Positions 1 through 10,015 of a stretch of DNA of 60,090 nucleotides are shown piece by piece (positions within the stretch are counted from its first letter, which is position 1; each line of letters starts with the position of its first letter). Origin of the DNA: a virus (Duplodnaviria; Caudoviricetes); the IMG/VR virus record IMGVR_UViG_3300006921_003877, positions 1 through 60,090 of that record, one strand, 5' to 3'. The notes under the pieces are model-generated. The model saw only the letters and a program-made list of their open reading frames with translations. It was not told the origin of the DNA and searched no databases. The position numbers were made by a program, and so were the translations under genes.

Positions 1-292
1 AGGGAAGAGATGTAAGGGTGTTTTACACCTTGAGAAGGCCAAGGTAACCTATAATCTAAGTATAATGAAAGAGGACCTTCCATGGGACGACTGGAAACCT
101 TTTAGATCAATTAAGATAGATGGAGAAGAACTAGAATTCTCAACAGGATTTACAGACTTACATAAAGTAAGTTATGAAGAAATATTAAAAGGGAATGGGT
201 TCACCCTTGAGGATGTTGAGCCTACAATAAAATTAATAGACGGTCTAAGACAGAAAGAAGTTAAATTAGACGGTCAAACTTTTTACATTTAG
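1..292 (+). CDS. wbpB: Gfo/Idh/MocA oxidoreductase, WbpB/WlbA-like (UDP-GlcNAcA 3-dehydrogenase), 5' truncated
   Basis: Frame is open from nt 2 (GKRCKGVLHLEKAKV...). C-terminal RSIKIDGEELEFSTGFTDLHKVSYEEILKGNGF resembles the WbpB/WlbA C-terminus, and the neighbours belong to the same pathway. Confidence 0.75.
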   Translation, partial: GKRCKGVLHLEKAKVTYNLSIMKEDLPWDDWKPFRSIKIDGEELEFSTGFTDLHKVSYEEILKGNGFTLEDVEPTIKLIDGLRQKEVKLDGQTFYI

Positions 293-296
293 AAAT

Positions 297-704
297 ATGG
301 AAACTTATATACATAAAAGCTGTAACATTTATGATAGTGCTGAAATAGGAGAAGGAACTAGAATTGGTGCCTTTGTTGAGGTAGGACATAAAGTTAAAAT
401 AGGAAAAAATTGTAGGATTGGTTGTGGTTCTTTTATCCCAGAAAATATAATCATAGAGGATAATGTTTTTGTTGGTCCACATACTGTTTTTACAAACGAT
501 AAAAATCCCCCATCTCACGGAGCATGGAGAGATGAGTCACCTACAATTGTTAAAGAAGGTGCTGCCATCGGAGCGAACTCGACAATACTACCAAACCTTA
601 TTTTAGGTAATAACTGTAAGATTGGTGCGGGTTCAGTAGTCACTAAAAATATACCAAATAAAGAAGTGTGGGTCGGTGTACCTGCCAAAAAATTATCTAA
701 ATAA
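297..704 (+). CDS. wbpD: Hexapeptide-repeat N-acetyltransferase, WbpD/WlbB-like
   Basis: Left-handed beta-helix repeats (IGEGTRIG, IGKNCRIG, IGANSTIL, IGAGSVVTK), plus VFTND and VGVPAK motifs. Confidence 0.8.
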   Translation: METYIHKSCNIYDSAEIGEGTRIGAFVEVGHKVKIGKNCRIGCGSFIPENIIIEDNVFVGPHTVFTNDKNPPSHGAWRDESPTIVKEGAAIGANSTILPNLILGNNCKIGAGSVVTKNIPNKEVWVGVPAKKLSK

Positions 705-705
705 A

Positions 706-1515
706 ATGAATAAAAAAGAAATAATCAGCGTAATAGGACGAGGATTCGTTGGAAATGCAGTTGCTAAATGGTTTACAACTAAACAATACACAGTAAAAAG
801 TTATGATAAGTTTAAGAAATATGACTCTTTTGAAGATGTGTTGGAGTCTGATTTTATGTTCTTATGCCTCCCAACATTATATTCTCCAGAACTACGTGGA
901 TATGATTATAGTTCCCTACATGAAGTTTTAAGAAAACTAGACGAAGCGGAATATAAAGGTCTAATAATCATTAAGAGCACAACCCAACCTAAAACAGTAC
1001 TTAATCTCCATCATTTATATCATTTAGATATAGTTCATAATCCAGAATTTTTAACCGCACGTACAAGTGAACAGGATTTTGCTAACCAAAAACATATTGT
1101 CCTAGGTTATACCGAAAATGAAGAACAATTAACTAAACTGGAGAAACTTTACCAAGAAAATTTCCCAGAGGCTAAAATATCATTATGTAACTCTACCGAA
1201 TCTGAGTTAATGAAAATATTTGCAAACTCTTTTTACGCAGTAAAAATACAATTTTTTAATGAAATGTATGATTTATGTGGTAAGTTAGACTCTAGTTACG
1301 GCACTGTTAAAGAATTAATATTAAATAATGGTTGGATCAATGAAATGCACACCACGATACCAGGACCTGATGGAAGTCTTAGTTATGGTGGTGCTTGTTT
1401 CCCAAAGGATACACAAGCCTTATATAATACTATGTTGGAGCACGGGAGTATTTGTGAAGTACTAGGGGCAACAATAAGTGAAAGAAATAAAATGAGAAAA
1501 AATGAAGATTCTTAG
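706..1515 (+). CDS. UDP-glucose/GDP-mannose dehydrogenase family protein (short form lacking the C-terminal domain)
   Basis: GRGFVG Rossmann motif, CLPT, IKST, NPEFL and catalytic GGACFPKD. The ATG at 706 is preferred to the track start at 676. Confidence 0.85.
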   Translation: MNKKEIISVIGRGFVGNAVAKWFTTKQYTVKSYDKFKKYDSFEDVLESDFMFLCLPTLYSPELRGYDYSSLHEVLRKLDEAEYKGLIIIKSTTQPKTVLNLHHLYHLDIVHNPEFLTARTSEQDFANQKHIVLGYTENEEQLTKLEKLYQENFPEAKISLCNSTESELMKIFANSFYAVKIQFFNEMYDLCGKLDSSYGTVKELILNNGWINEMHTTIPGPDGSLSYGGACFPKDTQALYNTMLEHGSICEVLGATISERNKMRKNEDS

Positions 1516-2524
1516 TATAATAGGGACGAGACCTCAATACGTAAAAGTAAAACCCATTTTTGACTACTGTAAAGAAAATAATATTAATCATATTATTGTT
1601 GACACAAACCAACACTACAGCGAAAATGTTTCTGATTACTTTATAAAAGAGTTTTCTTTAGTTATTGACCATGATTTAAGAACCTCTAATACTGATGAGG
1701 TTGGTTTTATTGCTCAGACCATGGAAAAATTTAGTGAAATATTAAAGGAAGAAAAACCTGACTTTGTTTTAATATATGGAGACACCAATAGTACTTTAGC
1801 TTCTTCCCTGGTTTGTTACAAACAAAAAGTTCCTTTTGCCCATATAGAGGCTGGACTAAGATGTAACGACATTAGAGTTCCTGAAGAGTTAAATAGAATT
1901 GTTGCTGACCTAACCTCACACATTCAATTCACCCCTAAAGAAACAGGACACATACAAGATTATTTTAATAACGAAATAGTGTCTGGTGATTTAGAATACG
2001 AATTACTTAATAGATATTACGATAAAGATATCGATTTTATGGGCCCTGCGATTATGACAATTCATCGAAAAGAAAATCAAAATCTTGAAAGTTTTTCTAA
2101 AATTCTTTCTTTTTGTGAACTGTATGGTGAACCCATAGACTTTTTCGTACATCATAGTACCGAATTTTTTATTAAGGATAACAATATTACTCTCCCAAAA
2201 AATATAACAGTGAAACCACCCGCAAAATATAATGAAATGATAGAAGCAATATCAAGTTGTGGTTTCATTATTAGTGATTCGGGGGGGTTAATGAAAACAT
2301 GTCCATTTTTTAGAAAAAAATGTATAGTCATGAGAGATAATGTTGAGTGGACAGAAGTAGAATCCGCGGATTATGGAGTAAGATATAAGAACATAATAAA
2401 CCCTCTAGAGTGGGTAATTCACACCAAGAGTGAAAGGAAAAAAGATTTCTATATGAAAAATGGAAGACCTTCGAAAATAATAATAGATAGTATAAAAAAA
2501 ATATTAGATGACACCAAGAAATAA
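1502..2524 (+). CDS. UDP-GlcNAc 2-epimerase family (non-hydrolysing), WecB/WbpI-like
   Basis: GTRPQYVK, YGDTNSTLA, HIEAGLR, PEELNR, TIHR and SDSGG motifs. Confidence 0.85.
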   Translation: MKILSIIGTRPQYVKVKPIFDYCKENNINHIIVDTNQHYSENVSDYFIKEFSLVIDHDLRTSNTDEVGFIAQTMEKFSEILKEEKPDFVLIYGDTNSTLASSLVCYKQKVPFAHIEAGLRCNDIRVPEELNRIVADLTSHIQFTPKETGHIQDYFNNEIVSGDLEYELLNRYYDKDIDFMGPAIMTIHRKENQNLESFSKILSFCELYGEPIDFFVHHSTEFFIKDNNITLPKNITVKPPAKYNEMIEAISSCGFIISDSGGLMKTCPFFRKKCIVMRDNVEWTEVESADYGVRYKNIINPLEWVIHTKSERKKDFYMKNGRPSKIIIDSIKKILDDTKK

Positions 2525-3173
2525 TACGGACAAGACACCACCAAAAGGAAATGTTAGGTTTTCACTTTCATTGTCGGCAGAACAAAAGAAAGCCAAAACT
2601 GAAATACTAAAACACCCTTTTAATTTTGTCGTTGGTAAACCCGGTAGTGGTAAAACATTACTAGCGGTACAAATCGCTTTGGATCAATTTTTCAAAAGAC
2701 AATGTAATAAGATTATAATAACAAGACCTACAGTCTCAACGGAAGACAATGGTTTTTTACCGGGTTCTGAAAGAGAAAAAATGGAACCTTGGTTGGTACC
2801 AATTAGGAGTAATATGCGTAAGGTTTATAATAAACCACCTGTATTAGAAAAAATGGAGAGAGAAGAATCGATAGAATTGGTTTCATTGGCTCACTTTAGA
2901 GGTAGGACTTTTGAAGATAGTGTATGTATTATTGATGAGTTCCAAAATTTAACTAAGTCTCAGTTGGCGATGGTGCTTAGTAGACTTGGTAAAAACTCAA
3001 CTATGATATTTACCGGAGATAATCAACAAATTGACTTGAAAGATAAGAACTATTCTGCCATCCATGAAGTGGCTAAAATATCTGGATCTAAATTTGTTTA
3101 TAAATCTCTTTTAACCGATAACCATAGACACGAAGCAATTGACTCAGTATTTGAGTTATTAAATGGAATGTAA
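2508..3173 (+). CDS. phoH: PhoH family ATPase
   Basis: GKPGSGKT, ITRP, GFLPG, RGRTF, IIDEFQN, SRLG and TGD..QIDL motifs. Confidence 0.93.
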   Translation: MTPRNNTDKTPPKGNVRFSLSLSAEQKKAKTEILKHPFNFVVGKPGSGKTLLAVQIALDQFFKRQCNKIIITRPTVSTEDNGFLPGSEREKMEPWLVPIRSNMRKVYNKPPVLEKMEREESIELVSLAHFRGRTFEDSVCIIDEFQNLTKSQLAMVLSRLGKNSTMIFTGDNQQIDLKDKNYSAIHEVAKISGSKFVYKSLLTDNHRHEAIDSVFELLNGM

Positions 3174-3214
3174 ATAACTTTACTTTAACAATAAACAATA
3201 TATTATTCATTAAT

Positions 3215-3820
3215 ATGACAATAGGAATAAACATAGATGGCGTCTTAAGGAACTACCTGGAGAAATTTATTAGTACTCACAAGAAGTATTATAAATCTGA
3301 GGTGAAAATAGAGGATATTATTGACTACGACATAGAAAAGTATTTTAGTTTTGAGGGTGACGAAAATATGGAACCTAGTAGTTTTCTAAAATTCTCATAT
3401 GAAGATTGTTCTTTAGAGATATACGGTTCGGCTGATGAAATAGAGGAGTATGTGGTAACAAAACTAAATAATTTTATTTCTAACAATCAAGAAAAGATTA
3501 AAGTTAAATTACTTACTAGAGAATGTGGAAGAGCGATCCCCTCAACACTATTTTTCCTCTCAAAAACAGGATCAATGTGTAAAAACATAAAATTTGTGAG
3601 TAGTTATGAAGACATGTGGGAAGAATGTGACATTCTAGTTACTACTTTCCCAAAATCACTAGAAACAAAACCAAAAGATAAAATATCAGTAAAAGTAGAA
3701 AGACACTACAACAAAAAAATAAATTCGGATTATGCAGTTAAAACATTAACCGAATTTTTAGAAGAGGAATACATAAATAAAATAATAAATACCGAAACGG
3801 TAGAACATAAAGAATTATAA
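3215..3820 (+). CDS. HAD-fold 5'(3')-deoxyribonucleotidase-like protein, nucleophile Asp replaced by Asn
   Basis: N-terminal IGINIDGVLRN (HAD motif I variant) and LLTRE motif II. Confidence 0.55.
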   Translation: MTIGINIDGVLRNYLEKFISTHKKYYKSEVKIEDIIDYDIEKYFSFEGDENMEPSSFLKFSYEDCSLEIYGSADEIEEYVVTKLNNFISNNQEKIKVKLLTRECGRAIPSTLFFLSKTGSMCKNIKFVSSYEDMWEECDILVTTFPKSLETKPKDKISVKVERHYNKKINSDYAVKTLTEFLEEEYINKIINTETVEHKEL

Positions 3821-3822
3821 AA

Positions 3823-4962
3823 ATGTTAGAAAAACAAGCAGACAACATACACGAAATTAAAGAAGAAGTATTAGGGAAAATTAAAAAAGCAATTTCCCAG
3901 TTGGAAGCAAAAGAAAATAAAATCTATTTCTTTTGTATGGACTCCAAAGGTAGAGCAATGGCTTCTATCGCAACAATATACGAACACGCAAAAACTCTAA
4001 AAGAGTTAGGTTATAATGTTACAATTTTAACTGAAAAAAATGATTACACAAAACCAGGTTCTTGGTTAGGTGCTGAGTATGATGAACTACCTCATGAGTC
4101 TAGTGAAAGTGAATCAACTATAATAACTCCACAGGATTTTATTATATTACCTGAAGTATATGGTGGTATTCTTGAACAATTAAAAACAGCCAATTGTGAA
4201 AAAGTTATATTTGTACAAGCTTATGACTATATTTTTGAATTAATGAAACCAGGTGAAACATGGGGACAATGGGGTGTAAGAAAGTGTATAACTACTACTA
4301 AATCTCAAGAAGACTATGTTAAAAACTTATTCCCTAATGTTGATACTTCAGTAATAAATTTAGGTATTCCTGACTACTTTACTCCTACAAATGAACCAAA
4401 GAAACCATTTATTTGTATTCATAGTAGAGACGCTAGAGACACTGCTAACTTTATTAAAAGTTTTTACATTAAACATCCATTCCTAAAATGGATTACCTTT
4501 AGAGATATGAGGGGATTAACAAGACAAGAATTTGCAGATTCATTAAAAGAATCAGCTTTATCTGTTTGGATTGATAAAACTGCGGGGTGTGGAACTTTTC
4601 CATTAGAATCAATGAAATGTGGAACTCCTGTTATTGGTGTATTACCTACTTTACCAGCAGAATGGATAAACGAAAAAAATGGAATTTGGGCTCAAAACCA
4701 AATTACTTTAGTTGATACCGTGGCTGGAGTAATGAAGAGTTGGTTAGAGGACACTATTCCTAGTGATATCTATACTGAAATGGAAAAGACAGTTAAGGAA
4801 TATACTTCAACTAAAGAGTCTCAAGGAGTTGCTGACTTCTATGAAAAATTCTTCCAAGAAAGAATAAATGAATTAACATTAGCAATGACACAAGAAGAAC
4901 AAAGAGTGCCGACTAAACAACCAGAACCTTCTGGATATAACGACCCAATAAGAAAAATCTAA
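3823..4962 (+). CDS. GT-B fold glycosyltransferase (GT4-like)
   Basis: IYEHAKTLKELGYNV, IILPE, VIFVQ and GTFPLESMKCGTPVIG motifs. Confidence 0.75.
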   Translation: MLEKQADNIHEIKEEVLGKIKKAISQLEAKENKIYFFCMDSKGRAMASIATIYEHAKTLKELGYNVTILTEKNDYTKPGSWLGAEYDELPHESSESESTIITPQDFIILPEVYGGILEQLKTANCEKVIFVQAYDYIFELMKPGETWGQWGVRKCITTTKSQEDYVKNLFPNVDTSVINLGIPDYFTPTNEPKKPFICIHSRDARDTANFIKSFYIKHPFLKWITFRDMRGLTRQEFADSLKESALSVWIDKTAGCGTFPLESMKCGTPVIGVLPTLPAEWINEKNGIWAQNQITLVDTVAGVMKSWLEDTIPSDIYTEMEKTVKEYTSTKESQGVADFYEKFFQERINELTLAMTQEEQRVPTKQPEPSGYNDPIRKI

Positions 4963-4973
4963 AAATAAAAAAA

Positions 4974-5759
4974 ATGAAAGATATTACAGTAATTATACCT
5001 ATACATACTAACGAAAATAAAGAATTAAAAATGTTAGAAACCGCTTTAGGGAGCGTCAATGACCAAAAGACACAACCAGAAATGATTTATGTTGTTTGCC
5101 CTAAAAAATTAGAAAAAGAAATTAAAAAATTAGATTTTGGTAAATTAAATAATAAAATAATTGTAAACGAAGGAGATACTGATTTCGCCTCTCAAATTAA
5201 TCTAGGTGTTGAAAAAACCTCTACAGAGTTCTTTTGTGTTTTAGAAGTAGATGATGAACTATCAAGTATTTGGATTAAAAATGTAAAGGAGTACATGAAT
5301 CATTATGAAGAAGTTGATGTTTTTCTCCCGTTAATTACAAATGTGGACGATAAGAATAAATTTATTGGTTGGTCTAATGAACCTGTTTGGGCTCTTAACT
5401 TTTCTGAAGAAATTGGTCATTTAGATTTAGATGCTCTACTTAACTACCCTAATTTTAACACTGACGGGATGGTTATGAGAACCGAAATGTTCAATGATAT
5501 TGGAGGGTTTAAGAAAAATATTAAACTAACTTTTATTTATGAATTCTTATTAAGATCTGTTTTTATGGATGCTCGAATTATGACAATTCCAAAAATAGGA
5601 TATAAACATGTTAACATGAGAGAAGGTTCTCTTTTCTATAATTATAAAAATCACCCTGACTTTTTAGTTAATGGAGAAGATGCTCCCTTTTGGATGGAAA
5701 CCGCAAAAAAAGAATACTTTTTTACTGAAGATAGAGAGATAGAAGTAAAAAAGTTATAA
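4974..5759 (+). CDS. GT2 family glycosyltransferase
   Basis: ITVIIPIH, LGSVNDQ, NLGVEK, LEVDDEL (DxD-like) and IGGF motifs. Confidence 0.8.
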   Translation: MKDITVIIPIHTNENKELKMLETALGSVNDQKTQPEMIYVVCPKKLEKEIKKLDFGKLNNKIIVNEGDTDFASQINLGVEKTSTEFFCVLEVDDELSSIWIKNVKEYMNHYEEVDVFLPLITNVDDKNKFIGWSNEPVWALNFSEEIGHLDLDALLNYPNFNTDGMVMRTEMFNDIGGFKKNIKLTFIYEFLLRSVFMDARIMTIPKIGYKHVNMREGSLFYNYKNHPDFLVNGEDAPFWMETAKKEYFFTEDREIEVKKL

Positions 5760-5760
5760 A

Positions 5761-6483
5761 ATGCCACGTATAAAAGGAAAAAAACCCTATTTTGGTGTTG
5801 AGCAAGAGGAAGCTGTAATTAAATTCTTAAGTGCCTCTACTTGGGATGAGAAAAATAAAATTTACAACGCTCACCTCCGTAAACCCCTTAACACTATGGT
5901 TGAGAGTATCATTAGAAAATATAAATTATATCGAGATGATATGACCTTTATTAATATGCATTATGACACATTGTCTTTCTTAATTACAAAATGCGATAAG
6001 TTCAAACCAGAGAAGGGTAAAAAGGCCTACTCCTATTTTGGTACTATATGTAAAAATTATCTCCTGGGGCAACTAATTAAGGATAATAAGAAACGTACCA
6101 CGCAACTTTCTTACGAGGACTATGCAACCGATCTAGAAGATAGGGATGATTTAATAGTCCACCAAGGAGATGAGTACACACAAAAAGAAAAAATGTTAGC
6201 ACTTTTAATGAGTGAAATTATCGGACAAATAAATGAAGAATTAAAAAATGAAAAATTAACAGAAAACGAACGGTCAGTGGGGGAGTCTTTAGTATATATG
6301 TTTGAAAATTGGGCAATTATATTTAGTGATGCGAGTGGTAATAATAAGTTTAATAAAAATCTTGTGTTACATAATATTCGAGAAATGACTTCCTTAACAA
6401 CTAAGGAGATAAGAAATGGTATGAGACGTTATAAGAAGATATATAAAACCATTAAAGATAATTTTACCTCCGAGTATTTATAG
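5761..6483 (+). CDS. Phage sigma-factor-like late transcription protein (gp55-like, sigma region 2)
   Basis: DKFKPEKGKKAYSYFGTICKNYL resembles sigma region 2.3-2.4 and gp55 (FDPEK...AYFT). Confidence 0.65.
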   Translation: MPRIKGKKPYFGVEQEEAVIKFLSASTWDEKNKIYNAHLRKPLNTMVESIIRKYKLYRDDMTFINMHYDTLSFLITKCDKFKPEKGKKAYSYFGTICKNYLLGQLIKDNKKRTTQLSYEDYATDLEDRDDLIVHQGDEYTQKEKMLALLMSEIIGQINEELKNEKLTENERSVGESLVYMFENWAIIFSDASGNNKFNKNLVLHNIREMTSLTTKEIRNGMRRYKKIYKTIKDNFTSEYL

Positions 6484-6497
6484 TAAAGAATAATATT

Positions 6498-6872
6498 ATG
6501 CCAAGACCTAAAAGAAAACAAGTTAACTTAGATAAACAAAGTATTGAACAAATACTACAAGAAAGTTATAATGAGACTTGTGAAAACCGTTCGAAGGCTG
6601 TGCAAGTCCTTAATAAACAACTTAGAGATGTAAATGATAACAATGACATCCAACAGGTTGGTAAGGTAAATAATGAATTACTACGAATAATTGATTCCTC
6701 AATATCAAAAAAGTTGGAGATTGTGAAACTCCAAATTTCTCTTGTTAAAACTGATAATTCTTCTGAATCCACATCATCTGTTCACTTAACAGACGAAGAT
6801 AAAGAATTAATCCAAAATATGATTAAAGAATCCGAAGAGGGAGAAGATAAGGGTATCTCATATGACATCTAA
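6498..6872 (+). CDS. Hypothetical helical protein
   Basis: Clean ORF after the TATTTATA motif at 6475; first gene of a tightly packed operon. Confidence 0.6.
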   Translation: MPRPKRKQVNLDKQSIEQILQESYNETCENRSKAVQVLNKQLRDVNDNNDIQQVGKVNNELLRIIDSSISKKLEIVKLQISLVKTDNSSESTSSVHLTDEDKELIQNMIKESEEGEDKGISYDI

Positions 6873-6883
6873 AACAATAGACT

Positions 6884-8386
6884 ATGGGATTAGATTCTTC
6901 AAAAAGTGAACTACGAAAAATTATTAATGTATTAAAGGTAATCAATCAAACTGATGCCCTGGATCTAAATGCAGAATTAGGTATCAATATTAGAGACCCA
7001 AGAGATAGACAAAAAGACCTAATCCCATTTTTAATGGATTTACTTTCATTAATTTTAGGAGGGCAAAGACTAGAACAAATATTAACTAATCTTATTGGTT
7101 CCCAACTAGAAGAAATAGATAGAAAAGTAAGAGACCAACTTCGTTCTATGTTAAAGGCCAAATGTGGTGAAGCCGTATTAAATTCTGGTTTTCCTGCTTG
7201 GTTAAATGGGGGTGGATTGGAGATTTCTTTAGTTAATATAGATATTTTTGACTTATTAAAGGCGGTACAAGGTAATGGTGGTATTGGTAGTGAATATGCT
7301 GACAATATGTTGGGGAAGGTTGATGATTTTAATCGTAAGATTATGGAGGCTGTTGATGATCTTAATACATCCAAATCACTTACCCTTCCAAATGGTCAAT
7401 CTATAATGGAAGTAACCTACACAGGAGGTGGGTTCATAGTCCAAATTGGTATGGACTACACCAATAAAAGTGTAGAGAATTTTATTGATGATTACTTTGA
7501 TAATCTTAAATTGTTTGACGCAGCGTCAATTACAACAGAAATAGTAAATTCCATAACTGGAATATTCGACAAAAAGGCTAACCTAACATATCAACAAATT
7601 TTAGAATTTGAAGAAATGAATGGAATACTTAACCGAATGGCAGCCGCTGATTGTGGTGAAATAGTAAACGAACAAATTAGATTTTTTAAGTTTAGTAGAA
7701 GTGAATTAGATTTATTTGATTTTAATGCACAAAATAAATCACAAGGAGTTAATATTGTGGATTTACAATGTGGGACTTTTGAGGTTAAAGTTGATGAGTC
7801 TGAAGCAATAAAATTAGCAACCAACATTAATCAAACATTTGCCCAAGTATTCGTAACTGAAAGACAGAGAAGAGAAGGGGTCACTAATATGATTAATGGT
7901 TTAACTGATATGGTACAGGGAGGGGGTCGTCGTCTGGTTGGTGTTAGGTATGAGGCAGACCCAACCACAGAAACAATAAGAGGAGATTTAATTAAGAAAA
8001 TTTTAGATAGTCTTAAAAATACTTTTATGAAACAAACCCTAACCCCTCAAACTCTAATTATGTTGTTATTAATAGGTTATGCTCTAGTTGATGATAGTGA
8101 ATTAGAAGACCAAGGAGCTGGACAACCGAAAAAGATTGAGCTTGGACCTAAAAGAATAGAAATGTTCAAGGAATTACAAGGATCAATGAGAGAGTTGGTA
8201 AAAATTCTATATGAGTTAGTTGTAGAAGTCCTATTCAAAGACTTGGCAAAAAACATAAAAAACTATATAGCTAGAATCGCTCTAGGTATACTTAAAGAAA
8301 AACTCCAAATATGGACTAATTCAATAAAGGCAACAATAACTGCGGGTAGAGCTAAACTAGCAGGTAAACTAAAAAGAATATTTTAA
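6884..8386 (+). CDS. Hypothetical protein, probably virion/baseplate associated
   Basis: 500 aa ORF in the same operon as the gp5-like spike; no recognised motif. Confidence 0.5.
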   Translation: MGLDSSKSELRKIINVLKVINQTDALDLNAELGINIRDPRDRQKDLIPFLMDLLSLILGGQRLEQILTNLIGSQLEEIDRKVRDQLRSMLKAKCGEAVLNSGFPAWLNGGGLEISLVNIDIFDLLKAVQGNGGIGSEYADNMLGKVDDFNRKIMEAVDDLNTSKSLTLPNGQSIMEVTYTGGGFIVQIGMDYTNKSVENFIDDYFDNLKLFDAASITTEIVNSITGIFDKKANLTYQQILEFEEMNGILNRMAAADCGEIVNEQIRFFKFSRSELDLFDFNAQNKSQGVNIVDLQCGTFEVKVDESEAIKLATNINQTFAQVFVTERQRREGVTNMINGLTDMVQGGGRRLVGVRYEADPTTETIRGDLIKKILDSLKNTFMKQTLTPQTLIMLLLIGYALVDDSELEDQGAGQPKKIELGPKRIEMFKELQGSMRELVKILYELVVEVLFKDLAKNIKNYIARIALGILKEKLQIWTNSIKATITAGRAKLAGKLKRIF

Positions 8387-8871
8387 TGGGTTGTGGAATG
8401 ACATACTTACCTTCCGATCTCGGGTTAACACCAACTGAGATACAAAGAGATCCTCGTACTGATGAGGAAGAAGGAGTAAATTTTGGTGTTGCGTTAAGTG
8501 TTATAGAGGCACTAATAAAGTTTGCGTCAATGGACACAATCCCAACACCTCCGGTACCACCTCCCACTGCTTTGTTAGGAGAACAAAGACCTGGTATGAG
8601 TGCTAGAAGATGTGCAGCTAATATTATTGCACGACAAAGTGAGGCGGGAGCACCTTTAGGGGTTAGGTCTAACGGAGAAATTTCAGTTCAAGAAAGAATG
8701 GAAACTATACGTGTACAAGAAATAACAAGAGAAATAACAGAAAAAATGAGAACCAACATAGCAATCCCTCCGGGTATGGCTCTTATGGCCACAGGTGCTA
8801 ATTCTGGTGGTCCTTTAGTTGCCTACGGTGCGACAAGTACACCTGGATTTGGATGGGGTGTGACAGTATAA
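8386..8871 (+). CDS. Hypothetical protein, probably baseplate associated
   Basis: TAATG-coupled to the upstream gene; Gly-rich beta-type C-terminus. Confidence 0.5.
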   Translation: MGCGMTYLPSDLGLTPTEIQRDPRTDEEEGVNFGVALSVIEALIKFASMDTIPTPPVPPPTALLGEQRPGMSARRCAANIIARQSEAGAPLGVRSNGEISVQERMETIRVQEITREITEKMRTNIAIPPGMALMATGANSGGPLVAYGATSTPGFGWGVTV

Positions 8872-9041
8872 TGAGAATAGATAATAAAAATAATAACCAA
8901 TTAAATACTTTACTTAATGAAGTAAAAGAAAAACATGATGCGGTTAAAAAAAATCTTTTGGGTAAACTAAAAGAGATGGATTCTCTAGAAGAACAATATA
9001 AAAAAATATTAGGAGAAATTAAAAAAAGATATAATATATAA
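8871..9041 (+). CDS. Small coiled-coil protein
   Basis: TAATG coupling supports a start at 8871 (MRIDNKNN...); heptad pattern. Confidence 0.5.
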   Translation: MRIDNKNNNQLNTLLNEVKEKHDAVKKNLLGKLKEMDSLEEQYKKILGEIKKRYNI

Positions 9042-9043
9042 CC

Positions 9044-9991
9044 ATGAGTAGCCCATTTAATTTTAGAGGACGTAAATTTGACCTAACTAGAGAACATATT
9101 TTTTATTACGGTGAAGTAATAGATGATTATGATCCTTTAGGGACTGGAAGAGTTAGGGTAAGAATTAAACAACTTGATAAAGATTATAGTGATTCTGAGT
9201 TACCTTGGTGCTTTCCCTTAATGCCAAGATTCTTCAACGTAGTACCCCAAAAAGGGGAAGGAGTTAGATTATTAATGTACACGATTGATAAAAATAAATC
9301 CGACATTAATAGAAGTTATATCGGACCTCTTATTGGACAAGATCAACAACTCCATTTCCAAGACAAACGTACTGCCCTGGGAACCCAATCCGACGTTGGG
9401 GGGACTAACGCCCTAAAATCTACTGATTATATAAATAGTGCTAAAGGTGTATACGCTAGTCCATATGATGTGGCAATTCAAGGGAGAGATAATGCAGATA
9501 TTATTTTAACCTCAGCAAAAATTGATTTACGCGCTGGTAAATTTGTGCCAGGAAATCCTGTAGAATTAAATAGAGATAATCCAGCGAGGATACAATTAAT
9601 TCATGTTAATGATAAAGAAAGTGTTGCAACAATACTTGCAAACACCATAAACTTGGTTTCTTATACTGGACAAAATAACGGAGAGGGTACTTCCTTTAAC
9701 AAACTACAAAATAATGGTCTTGATTCCTCTGGTTCATCATTACAAAAGTACTTGGGAGGTAATAGACAATTAACCCAGGATGGTCTCCCTATTGGAGGAG
9801 AACTACACCCTTTGGTTTATGGGGATAGATTAATAGAATTTTGTAAATTAGTACAAAAATTTGTTAGTAATCATACCCACCCTTATGGACAAATGGTTCC
9901 AGATGTGGCAACAGATGATAGTGATGGAATAACTGAAATTTCAAAATTTAATTTTAGTTCAATGATAAGTCATCGAATTAGAATTAATTAA
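9044..9991 (+). CDS. gp5: Baseplate hub/central spike protein (gp5/gpV-like OB fold)
   Basis: GEVIDDYDPLGTGRVRVRI...LPWCFPL...PQKGEGV OB-fold signature; C-terminal HTH (HxH) metal-binding spike motif. Confidence 0.8.
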   Translation: MSSPFNFRGRKFDLTREHIFYYGEVIDDYDPLGTGRVRVRIKQLDKDYSDSELPWCFPLMPRFFNVVPQKGEGVRLLMYTIDKNKSDINRSYIGPLIGQDQQLHFQDKRTALGTQSDVGGTNALKSTDYINSAKGVYASPYDVAIQGRDNADIILTSAKIDLRAGKFVPGNPVELNRDNPARIQLIHVNDKESVATILANTINLVSYTGQNNGEGTSFNKLQNNGLDSSGSSLQKYLGGNRQLTQDGLPIGGELHPLVYGDRLIEFCKLVQKFVSNHTHPYGQMVPDVATDDSDGITEISKFNFSSMISHRIRIN

Positions 9992-10015
9992 GTATTTATT
10001 ATTAAAGATTCATAG

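Noticed and set aside
6498-6872. Terminase small subunit
   Set aside because: Size and helicity fit, but there is no recognisable motif and it is far from the large subunit.
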